A program made the translations under genes and the position numbers. From the NCBI GenBank assembly GCA_020184695.1, contig JAANOX010000238.1, positions 503,630-567,629 of the forward strand: DNA of 64,000 bases, written 5' to 3'. The notes under the pieces are model-generated. The model was not told where the DNA came from. It made no database searches and saw only the letters and a list, made by a program, of their open reading frames with translations. Positions 46,870-56,538 of the stretch are shown one piece after another. The stretch comes from Histomonas meleagridis 2922-C6/04-290x (lineage: Eukaryota > Protista > Parabasalia). The number at the start of each line of letters is the position of its first letter. Position 1 is the first letter of the stretch.

Positions 46870-47850
46870 TCAATCAGATGGAAGTGATTCAGTGAATGTA
46901 TCACTTTGTGTCAGTGTGAATGTGCGTGTTGGCGGGAGACATTCGTCAAGTGTTGTTCCCTTAGTAATTTCCATATTTCCAAATGTTTCATTTTGATATG
47001 TTTCTATTGTCATAACTAATGTCGCATTGATATTAACAAATGCATCATTTGAAATTTCTGGTGAAATTTCTCCTTTAAAATGAATACATTGAAGTGATGT
47101 ACAATTAAAAAATGCACATGAATTAATATATTGAACATTTTCATCAATAAAAATTCTTTCTAAATTATTACAACTTGCAAAAGAATAATTCATAATAGAA
47201 ATGACTGATTTAGGAATTGTAAATGTTTTACTTTTCATATTAAGATAACTAATAATTTGTGTAATTTCTTTATTATATAAAACCCCATCATTTTCATAAT
47301 TAGAATATCCAATATTTTCTTCTGAAACATTAATAAATTGAAGATTTGTACATTCTAAAAATGCATTCCCAATCGAAGTAACAGAACTTGGTATATAAAT
47401 ATTCACAAGGTTTGTACATCCTCTGAATGCATCTGAGCCAATATTTCGTACGCCTTCATCTAATGTTATCGTTTCAAGTCCTGTACATTTATAAAATACA
47501 TTATCACCAATGCTATTACAACGAATTGTAATATTATTTAATGAAATAAATTCTGCAAATGCACCACCTCCAATTGAATCTATTAATTTATCTGGAAATT
47601 GGACATATTTTAATTTTGTACATGATGCAAATGCTCTACTATTTATATTTCCAACTGTTTCTCCAATTATTACTGTTGTTAATAAAGGCCATTCTCTGAA
47701 TGCATCACTTTCAATCTCGCCAACATCAATAATTATAACATGTTCTGTATCATTCATATAATCTTTTGAATAATCATTGAAATCAGATATTGTGAGTGTT
47801 TTTGTCTCTTCGTTATATGATTGTTTTGTATTAACAAAAAAAATAATCAT
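46870..47850 (-). CDS. BspA-like LRR protein, 3'-truncated (copy 2, no TM anchor)
   Basis: TpLRR repeats (I...AF..C..L..I.IP.SV.SIG.AF..C). The ORF leaves homology with copy 1 after TFTLTQSDTFT and stops. First ATG at 47850. Confidence 0.75.
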   Translation of the reverse strand: MIIFFVNTKQSYNEETKTLTISDFNDYSKDYMNDTEHVIIIDVGEIESDAFREWPLLTTVIIGETVGNINSRAFASCTKLKYVQFPDKLIDSIGGGAFAEFISLNNITIRCNSIGDNVFYKCTGLETITLDEGVRNIGSDAFRGCTNLVNIYIPSSVTSIGNAFLECTNLQFINVSEENIGYSNYENDGVLYNKEITQIISYLNMKSKTFTIPKSVISIMNYSFASCNNLERIFIDENVQYINSCAFFNCTSLQCIHFKGEISPEISNDAFVNINATLVMTIETYQNETFGNMEITKGTTLDECLPPTRTFTLTQSDTFTESLPSD

Positions 47851-48427
47851 TAAAATCAAAAAAATTTTGAAATTTTGTTCATTTTTATCATAAATTAAAT
47901 AACTTTTCAAAAAATATTTAATAAATTGAAAAATAATATTAAAAATGAATTTATATATTTTATATTTAAATGAAAAATATTTTCATCATGAAATGTGTTG
48001 GAAATAAAGTCAATAAAATGAATACTGAATGTCATTAATATATATATTTCATATTATTTCATCAATTTAATGGTTGCAATTGGAAGATATATTCTTGATT
48101 TTAACTCGAACAAAAAAATTCTATTCCTCCTATAAATGAACAAAATGCTCGTATTCAAATAGTTAGACAGATACCTTATTTTAGTACAAAATGGCATTGA
48201 TATAAATTTAATGTTCTATAAAATTGAAAATGATTTTACACAAGGTGGTAATAAACCTAAATCATGAGGAACCATTCATCTGAAATCCGACACACAATGA
48301 TTTAAGCAAGGCTATAAAAAATTAAATAACAAACGAACATAATTTAATAGAATTGTTGAACCACATTAAATAAAATGTAAAACAGGAAACACATTTGTTC
48401 ATCTCTTGTTATTACTTTGCAGCATGT

Positions 48428-50428
48428 TTACTCATTTCTATTCGACTGTTCGAAGTACATATCCAATATTTGGTGGGAGTTCGTTGCTTGTCTTGGCGTC
48501 TTGTCGTCCCTAAACCTCAGGAACCTTCCGAACCTCAGTGATATTCCTGCGTTTTCCTGCCCGTGCACATCTCCGTAGCACGCCATTGCCTTCGGCGATA
48601 TTGTCAAGTCTGCCGCGCCTATTTCCCATACGACCTCCGGCTTGTAGTATACGTCGGGGGTGTTCTTTCCGTATTGTACTTCTGGCGGCGGCTTCGTCAC
48701 GACCATCTCCTTGAACTTCTCGGTGAAGTCCTTCAGGTCATCGTCGGAGAATCCCGTTCCGACTTCGCATATTGCCTGGAACTTCCCGATCTCCTCGTTC
48801 CATATTGCCACCAAGTAACACCCGATGAGTCCCGCGCGCTTTCCTTTGCCGTACGTACCGCCGATGACGACGACGTCGACGCAGTCGGAGATTTTGGACG
48901 TTTCTTCGGAAGTGCCGATTCCTTGGACGTAGTCCTTCTTAAGCTTCGCCCACAGCTGCGACCTTTTGCCAGGTTCATATGGGCCGGTGCGCGTTTTGAT
49001 CATTAGCCCTTCGGTACGATTCTTGACGGCTTCGTTGAAGAAGTCGGCCATGTTATCTAAATCGGTGTTTAGATAATTCGCAAATTGTAACAGATGTTGT
49101 ACTGGCTGAACGATTTCATGAAGGGTTTGCCGCCTTTCATCAAATGTTTTGGAGATTAAACTCTTTCCGTTACAGTACATACAATCGAATGTGAAACAGC
49201 ATACGTGGATGGGTGATGGCTCATTAGTAGAATCGCCTTTACGCGCGCGATGCATTAATGTTTGGAATGGTAAAATGATATCTTTCTCGGTATCATACGC
49301 AACGATTTCACTGTCGAGGACAAAGTCTTCAGCGTTGACATTGTTCTGGAAAATTGGTATCAAATCTCCAAATTGTTCAGTGATGTCATTAGTGTTACGT
49401 GAGAAAATCCGAATTTTCCCATCCTTTGTCTTGTGTATTTGCGCTCTTTCGCCATCATATTTATATTCGCAAGTGATCAGATCAGTGCCAAGGCGCCTTC
49501 TGATCTCTTGCGTAGATTTCGCAGGCTTAGCAAGCATTGGCATAATTGGAATGCCAACTTGGCAGCCACACTTTTCTTCAAGTTGCGCAAAATCGTTTTC
49601 TAAAAGAAACTCTAATAGTTTGTCAAGTAAAGGCGAACTATGGAACACTTTCTTGAACTCTTTTCCGGCTGTGAGTAGGTCATCTTCTGTTGGGAACTTA
49701 TCCATTTTCCCTAAATAATAATCACGAAGCAAAAATGCGCGTCCAATGGCAATGAGAAGTGTTGACGCTGCAAATCCAATGCTCAAAGAGCCGCCTAACG
49801 AGCGAATTATAAACTTAACTTCATCATCTTTGGTGGATGTAATGAGTTTGGCAACTTTCCCGATTTTGTTCCTTCGCGAATTGCTTCCTTGTGTTTGCGC
49901 TATCTCGAGAAATGACTTGTATACTCCTTGAATGGTAAGACGCTCCTCGGTTTTTCCAAACATAAGATCAATTCGTCCTTGCTTGGCTTTGGAGCTTTTG
50001 GCAATCTTGCTTAAGTCTCCTCCACTAGTGTAGTCTATCTTGATTTGATCTGTGGTTCGCCCTGTTGATGAGGCAAGGGCTTCAATAATGAGAGATTCCC
50101 CAATATCAAGTTTGACACCTTCCATCGTGGGCCGAAGTTCACCGATGCACATAAAAGAAAAAGGAATAACATCCTGTGGCGTTGTACATGAGATGGCAAG
50201 AATGTAATCCCTGACAATGTTGATAATGACATTTCGCTTTGTTTCGGCTTCGACCTTTAAGAACATAGAAACTATAAAGTTATAAGGTGTTGGTGTGCCT
50301 GGCTTCCATGTGATTAATTGTTGAACTTCGTCTGGAAGCTTATGAACTAAGGGTAGGACAGGAATTTTGGTTTGGACTTTGTCTATTTTTTTGGGTTGGG
50401 CCTTAAGTGACTTCGATTTCACTGGCAT
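48428..50428 (-). CDS. LIG1: ATP-dependent DNA ligase I
   Basis: PMLAKP, CEYKYDGERAQIH, EGLMIK, WAKLKKDY, VGTGFSD, SLRFGRFLRFRDDK. The first ATG is at 50428 (track start is TTG). Confidence 0.95.
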   Translation of the reverse strand: MPVKSKSLKAQPKKIDKVQTKIPVLPLVHKLPDEVQQLITWKPGTPTPYNFIVSMFLKVEAETKRNVIINIVRDYILAISCTTPQDVIPFSFMCIGELRPTMEGVKLDIGESLIIEALASSTGRTTDQIKIDYTSGGDLSKIAKSSKAKQGRIDLMFGKTEERLTIQGVYKSFLEIAQTQGSNSRRNKIGKVAKLITSTKDDEVKFIIRSLGGSLSIGFAASTLLIAIGRAFLLRDYYLGKMDKFPTEDDLLTAGKEFKKVFHSSPLLDKLLEFLLENDFAQLEEKCGCQVGIPIMPMLAKPAKSTQEIRRRLGTDLITCEYKYDGERAQIHKTKDGKIRIFSRNTNDITEQFGDLIPIFQNNVNAEDFVLDSEIVAYDTEKDIILPFQTLMHRARKGDSTNEPSPIHVCCFTFDCMYCNGKSLISKTFDERRQTLHEIVQPVQHLLQFANYLNTDLDNMADFFNEAVKNRTEGLMIKTRTGPYEPGKRSQLWAKLKKDYVQGIGTSEETSKISDCVDVVVIGGTYGKGKRAGLIGCYLVAIWNEEIGKFQAICEVGTGFSDDDLKDFTEKFKEMVVTKPPPEVQYGKNTPDVYYKPEVVWEIGAADLTISPKAMACYGDVHGQENAGISLRFGRFLRFRDDKTPRQATNSHQILDMYFEQSNRNE

Positions 50429-50956
50429 TTTTGTTTTCCCTCCATTCGTATGACCGTTTATCAAATGTAGCGCCAAATTTTTCAATAGTTTATTGACTAC
50501 AAAGATGAGAAATACTAATTGCCAAGAAGAGGGATTCGGTATTTGCTAATTGTGGAATTATTTGTGCTCAACGCAGTTGCCGTCTTAAAATATGAAATGT
50601 AGTCAATGCATACATTTATAAATGAAAAATTGTGATATTTTTATTTGATATGATGTCTCTAAGTCTTTGGGCGTAACTCAAAAGTAACAACAAAGATGAT
50701 TTTAATATACTTTGATAGATTTGAAAAAAAAGAAAATTTATCATTCAGCAACTTAGTGATGAATTCATTAGCAAAAATGTTTTAAGTTGAAGCTTTTAAC
50801 ATCAGTAAATATGGTTGAAAGAATGGAAAGCCACTCTTAGAGTTGATAAAGTAAATTTTTTTAGAATAAAAATAACTTTTTGCTTGAAAATTTTTCAATG
50901 TTTATTTGGTCAAATAATATTTTTGATGCTGTTTTTTGATGTGCTGATTATTTTTT

Positions 50957-52420
50957 ATGAAGCGAACTGCTTTAAACTTCCTTGCAACATTGCCAAATAC
51001 GCAAGAAGAAAAAACATTACACGATCAAAGTCAAACAACAAGTAATGAGTCACCAGCGATTAAATGTTTGAATAATGGTATCGAAGAATTAAAAAAAGAA
51101 CTAACATTAATGGATCAAAAACTTGAAGAAGCTAAAAAGAAAAGAGAATTAGAAAAGGAAACAGAAGAAGCACAAGTTGACATGATAAGAAAACTGAGTG
51201 AAAAAAACAATCAATATAAAGAATTTAAATTAATGATCTCTTCAAAAATAGCTGAATTACAAGGACAATATGAAAGTGGCACAGCACAATTTTCAATTGC
51301 TTCTACTAAGTTTAATGATGTTAAACAAAAAATTAAAGAATATGAAACTGAATTAGAAAAATTACAAACAAATTTTTGTCAAGTTGAAAATAAGAAATCA
51401 AAACTTACAACAAAATTAGAATCTCTTAAAAATCAAAAGGAAGAATTAAGTAATGAATATGAATCACTTAAACAAACAAAAGAAAAACTTGAAAATGATA
51501 ATAACAATTTAGCAAATTCATTTCAAAACTTAACAAATGAATTAGAAAATAAGGAAAAAATGTTTAATGACTTAAAATATGAAATGGAAGAATATGAGAA
51601 AAAAATTCGATCTATTAATGCAATGAATGAAATTCTTGAAAATGATATTCAACAAAATCAAAACAAATTAGAAAAGAAACAAAATGAAGTTGAATTAATG
51701 AAAGAACAAATAAATAATTTAACAAATGAAATGAATGAAATTGATAAAGAAATAGAAAAATCATTAAATGATCAAAAACAAGCACAAGAAATCCAAAGAA
51801 GAGATACAAATGAACTTAATCTTTTACAAGAAGAATTAAACCAATTAAAAGAGAAACTTAAAGAAGAAAAAGAAAAAGAACAAAATTTAAAAGATGAATT
51901 ACAATTTGGTCAAAACAATTTAGAAGCTGAAAAACAAAAAGAAATTTCATTACAACAACAATTAAATAATCTTAAAGAAGAAAATGAAAAAATTTCAAAT
52001 GAAAATAAAGAACTTCAAACTCAAATAACAGAAAAAGAAAACAATTTAAATGAACTTAATAAACAACTTCAAATATTAAAACAACAATTACATGAAGAAA
52101 AATTAACAACGCAAACAATACAAAATCAAATCGAAATGGAAACTTCAAAACAAATGGATCAACTAAAGTCAAAGAAAGAAATATTAGCGGAACTTAAAAA
52201 ACAAAAAGAAATTCTCGAAAGACAACTTGAAGAAGAAGCAAAAGTTTTAAATGCACAAGAAGAAAAATGTCAATCAATTCAAAAAGGTTTAAAATTGTCT
52301 TCGAAAAAAGAATATCATATTACGGAAAAACCTAAAAAGAAACAAACATCAAAACCAAATCCTCAAATTCAATCGCTTTCATCTGCTCTTTTTGATGAAC
52401 AATTGTTTGCTTATCATTGA
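50957..52420 (+). CDS. Long coiled-coil protein
   Basis: 487 aa, almost entirely E/K/Q/N/L heptads. Confidence 0.75.
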   Translation: MKRTALNFLATLPNTQEEKTLHDQSQTTSNESPAIKCLNNGIEELKKELTLMDQKLEEAKKKRELEKETEEAQVDMIRKLSEKNNQYKEFKLMISSKIAELQGQYESGTAQFSIASTKFNDVKQKIKEYETELEKLQTNFCQVENKKSKLTTKLESLKNQKEELSNEYESLKQTKEKLENDNNNLANSFQNLTNELENKEKMFNDLKYEMEEYEKKIRSINAMNEILENDIQQNQNKLEKKQNEVELMKEQINNLTNEMNEIDKEIEKSLNDQKQAQEIQRRDTNELNLLQEELNQLKEKLKEEKEKEQNLKDELQFGQNNLEAEKQKEISLQQQLNNLKEENEKISNENKELQTQITEKENNLNELNKQLQILKQQLHEEKLTTQTIQNQIEMETSKQMDQLKSKKEILAELKKQKEILERQLEEEAKVLNAQEEKCQSIQKGLKLSSKKEYHITEKPKKKQTSKPNPQIQSLSSALFDEQLFAYH

Positions 52421-52491
52421 AATTTTCAGATTTGAATATGTTCACATAAAAAATTGAATACTTTGTTTACGCCAAGAAAAAAAAAATTAAA

Positions 52492-53478
52492 ATGCAATCT
52501 TCAAACCAAATCAATAAAATCAGATTAACAGACAACGCGAAATCAATATGTGTTTCGACCCAAAATGGATTTATTGCATATTCAACAAATCCATTAAAAA
52601 TACGATTTCAATGTAATTTTGAAAACACACATTTTGGAAATGCTGTAACAATCTCAGACTCAAACGTTGTTGTCTGTACCGGAGTATCATTAAGCACTAA
52701 ATCAGATTCATTTAATGATTGTACATTTGGAGTTTTTGATGCAAATTTAGGAAGACAAATATTTTTAGTCTGTTCACAAGAACAAATCAAAAATGTGTTT
52801 ATGACGTCGAACATGTTTGGCTATTCAACAAAATCAGAAGTACGAATTTATTCATTTGCACCACCAGTATTACAACATCAATTCCATACGTCACAAAATG
52901 AATTAGCTCCATGTGACTTCGTCGAAGATACCAATGGGTTTACTATGGGTTTTGTTGGTCGTGAGCCCGGATTTTTAAGAATTGTACAGATAAATAAAAA
53001 CGATCGACAAGACATTACTGTACCTGCGCATTCACATCCATTGTCAATTATAAAAGTAAATTCAAGTCGAAAAAACATTGCAACAGCTTCAAATAATGGG
53101 ACTTTAATTCAGGTTTTCGACACCAAATCCGGTGAATTAATTGGGAAATTTAGAAGAGGAACACTTTCGGCAGAAATTACATGTATTGACTTTTCACCGA
53201 ATTCGACGTATTTGGCTGTTGCTTCATCAAAGGGGACAATTCATTTGTTTTCTCTTTTAAATATGAGCGGACCTTCAAATACACCACGCGCAATTATGAA
53301 ATTTTCATTTCCTGAATTAGGGAATTCGCCATTTTGTTTTATGAGTTCTGATACCATTTGCACAGCACTTAAAAATGGCACAATTCATATGTTGAAGATT
53401 GATGAAGAAAACAAATCAATTTCAATTGTATCATCAGAATCATTTGTTGATTTATCAAATGGAAACGCAAAGAATTAA
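52492..53478 (+). CDS. ATG18: PROPPIN WD40 protein (ATG18/WIPI family)
   Basis: AH..PLS, IATASNNGTLIQVF, FRRG phosphoinositide motif, LAVASSKGTIHLF. Confidence 0.88.
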   Translation: MQSSNQINKIRLTDNAKSICVSTQNGFIAYSTNPLKIRFQCNFENTHFGNAVTISDSNVVVCTGVSLSTKSDSFNDCTFGVFDANLGRQIFLVCSQEQIKNVFMTSNMFGYSTKSEVRIYSFAPPVLQHQFHTSQNELAPCDFVEDTNGFTMGFVGREPGFLRIVQINKNDRQDITVPAHSHPLSIIKVNSSRKNIATASNNGTLIQVFDTKSGELIGKFRRGTLSAEITCIDFSPNSTYLAVASSKGTIHLFSLLNMSGPSNTPRAIMKFSFPELGNSPFCFMSSDTICTALKNGTIHMLKIDEENKSISIVSSESFVDLSNGNAKN

Positions 53479-53618
53479 TTTGCAGAAATTTTATTTTAAT
53501 TTTTTTTTTTTTTTTAATACAAATTTTGTAACTTAATTATTAAGTAAAAACTTTATTTGTTTCCTATCGTTTCATTTCGTGACAGCGGGAAAAGAGCATT
53601 CAAAATCATTGGGCATGA

Positions 53619-53981
<363 letters not shown>

Positions 53982-54109
53982 AATAATAAATTTGCTTTCA
54001 TGTTTGATTGTTTTCTATCATCACGCTCTCAAAACTGACGGAATTGTGTTCGCAACGATCGTTTTTAGGGCGGTATTGTCACATCACATATCGTTGAAAT
54101 AGGGTTTAC

Positions 54110-55306
54110 ATGGATCGCAACGCAGCAACAAAACTTGTGGCGCTGATATCGAATGTGGAGGACTCCGTGGCGTCAGTGCTCGAACAGTTCCATTCTGATT
54201 TTAATTTTGGTGAAAGGATTAACGCATTATCACAAATGTCAACACTTTTGATAAATGGAATTTGGAATCATCAACATCAAGTTGCTGTGGCTCTTATCAT
54301 ATACTTTGAATTCAGTGATTCGCCAATTTCTGAAAACCCTTTTTTTGATGCTTTGAATTATGTAAATGAAGTGTTTTCATCAAAACCAAACACTTTTTCC
54401 CCTGTCCTATGCGAGTTATTGCCAGTGATGTTATGCGGTGAATCTATCGATTTTTTAAGACAACTCAATTTCAAACAAATTCTTCAAACTTCGTTTAGTT
54501 CAACTACTCAACTTCCAAAAATTAATGCCCCAGAGCCAGTTGATTCTAGAATACTTATACAAGAATCAGTTCAAAATGATTTAATTTCCAACGATAAAGA
54601 TATCATTATCGAAATATTATCAAATGGATATACATTAAGCCCATTCCAACCACCAATGATTCGTGACATCCCAGATTTATTACCAATAACAAGTGATGAG
54701 CTCCAATATACATATGTTAGCTCATTTAACACAATACCATTCATTTATGACAACGAAACTAATACTCGTGCAATTGCTCTTGGCCTTCTTCAAAAAGGTA
54801 CTGAAGAATTTCTGAATGATGATGAAGTTGAAATTGTTATTGATTCACTAAAAAAATATCCATCACTTATCGAAAAGACCAAATTTTCAAATAAACAACT
54901 AAACTCTCTTGTTGAATATAATAGCAAAGTTGCCACAGAATACTTTGCTCATTCGCTTGCTATCGATTCAAGTTTTTCTTCATTTTTAAGTCAACTTGAA
55001 TTAACGGTTTCTTCGGTTGAAGTCATCAAAAATTTATTTTTTTCAAAGTTAATCTCAAAAGAATTAATGAATAATTTTATAGTACAATCCATCAACAAGA
55101 TATTAAATATAAGTGATTTCCAAACGAAAGCAACAAAGTCACGTTTTTTATGCAGATTTTTAATTTATTTGTTGCAAAATGAATTTGTTTTTTCGACTGA
55201 TGTTTTGGTCGAAGTAACTTCGTTCTGTTTGGAAATTGCTAAAAATCAAAAAATTACAGAGGTACAGGAATTGTATTGTTTGCTCGAAACTCCAATAAGA
55301 AATTAA
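54110..55306 (+). CDS. CNOT11: CCR4-NOT subunit 11-like
   Basis: FQPPMIR..P.LLP (FRP.FIRP.P), LVEYN.KVA, SVEV, FLCRFL..LLQN and EV..FCLE in CNOT11 order. Confidence 0.7.
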   Translation: MDRNAATKLVALISNVEDSVASVLEQFHSDFNFGERINALSQMSTLLINGIWNHQHQVAVALIIYFEFSDSPISENPFFDALNYVNEVFSSKPNTFSPVLCELLPVMLCGESIDFLRQLNFKQILQTSFSSTTQLPKINAPEPVDSRILIQESVQNDLISNDKDIIIEILSNGYTLSPFQPPMIRDIPDLLPITSDELQYTYVSSFNTIPFIYDNETNTRAIALGLLQKGTEEFLNDDEVEIVIDSLKKYPSLIEKTKFSNKQLNSLVEYNSKVATEYFAHSLAIDSSFSSFLSQLELTVSSVEVIKNLFFSKLISKELMNNFIVQSINKILNISDFQTKATKSRFLCRFLIYLLQNEFVFSTDVLVEVTSFCLEIAKNQKITEVQELYCLLETPIRN

Positions 55307-55429
55307 AATAATGTTTGTTTTAAACAATTTGTTATTTTTAAATTTAATTTTTTACAAATAAATGAGTTAATATTTGTACCGACGGCTTTTTTCCATTTCT
55401 ATCTCTTCATAAAACTTATGAACTAAATC

Positions 55430-55981
55430 AACAAAAGGCCGAAGTGTTTGTTAATATTGTTTAGTACTGAAAGTTCAATTAGGTGAAAATCTATATCATC
55501 TCTTTCTGACTGATGATCGAAATATTTTTTAAATTCAATTCGTACATCATCTGGACGAAAGGTTCTTTCGTCAACAATGTCGACCTTGTTGTACACAGCA
55601 ATTACGAGAGGTTCTTAATTTGAAGACATGTTCTCTGATAAAAATTTAAAAGTTTCTAACGAATTTGGTTGGTCAGGACTAACAACAATAATAAACATAT
55701 CTATATAGATATATATTACGGAAGTATATAGGTAAAACTGAAAAATATTTTTCATCACCAGATTTATCCAAAAACCTTAATTTAAAATATTTTTCATCAA
55801 CCTCAAACATATCTGTTACTGCATTTGGAAAATACTCACAAGAATATTCTTTACCACATAAATGTTTCACAAGTGTTGTTTTTCCTGTGGGTCCAAAACC
55901 AATTATACCAATGTTGATGGTAATTATTTCCTCACTTGAACTTTCATATGAATATTTCATCATTGGTTCTGACGCACCCAT
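55430..55981 (-). pseudogene. Ras-superfamily small GTPase pseudogene
   Basis: GFGPTGKTT, FLDKSGDE, then a 10-nt insertion (frameshift), an in-frame TAA, and NKVD in the shifted frame. Confidence 0.6.
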
Positions 55982-56112
55982 TTAACTTTAAAAAAAAAAA
56001 AAATTTTTGTTTAAATAAACGGTCTCTTATTTATCCAAAAATTTGAACAAATTTGCAAATCTTTTGTATTTAAATACAAAACTAAAAATTATCTTAAATA
56101 ATTTATTTTAAT

Positions 56113-56424
56113 TTAATCGAAGAGATCGTCAAAACCACCTGCCAATTCAACAACTTCTTCTTCTTCCTTCTTTTCTTCTTCCTTGACTTCTGTTGTTGCA
56201 GCAGCGGCTGGAGCTGCAGCACCACCTCCAACAACGGCGAGTTTAGATGAACCTTCCTTGATAAGTTCTTCAATGTTTTTACCATTTAATTTTTCGAGAA
56301 GAGCATCAATTGCTTTAGAATCAACTTGGATGCCAACACTTTCGAGGATTGCTGTAATCTTTTCTTTTGATGGTGTTGCATCACCTCCTGCTTGTGCAAG
56401 AAGATATGCTGCAATGTACTTCAT
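56113..56424 (-). CDS. RPLP2: 60S acidic ribosomal protein P2
   Basis: MKYIAAYLLA..GG...PS.E.I..IL.SVG, Ala-rich hinge, acidic tail ending GGFDDLFD; ATG at 56424. Confidence 0.95.
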   Translation of the reverse strand: MKYIAAYLLAQAGGDATPSKEKITAILESVGIQVDSKAIDALLEKLNGKNIEELIKEGSSKLAVVGGGAAAPAAAATTEVKEEEKKEEEEVVELAGGFDDLFD

Positions 56425-56431
56425 GGATTTA

Positions 56432-56451
56432 AAAGGTCGACCACAACCGCA
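56432..56451 (-). promoter_or_regulatory. M3 plus M5 core promoter of a ribosomal-protein gene
   Basis: Minus strand TGCGGTTG (fits M3, DRCSGYTD), then CCTTT (M5) 7 nt later, 7 nt before the ATG; this pairing is described for trichomonad ribosomal-protein genes. Confidence 0.7.
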
Positions 56452-56538
56452 CAAATACGTTTATTAGGGGCACCCGCAATCATACGTTTATTTATATCGT
56501 TTTCCACATAACATTTCTAAATTGAGCACTAAAAATTC

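Noticed and set aside
55702-55720. 19-nt GT..AG intron that would restore the GTPase frame
   Set aside because: It lacks the parabasalid ACTAAC branch motif, would delete the expected RNxD residues, and a TAA remains downstream. A 10-nt inverted insertion explains the lesion better.
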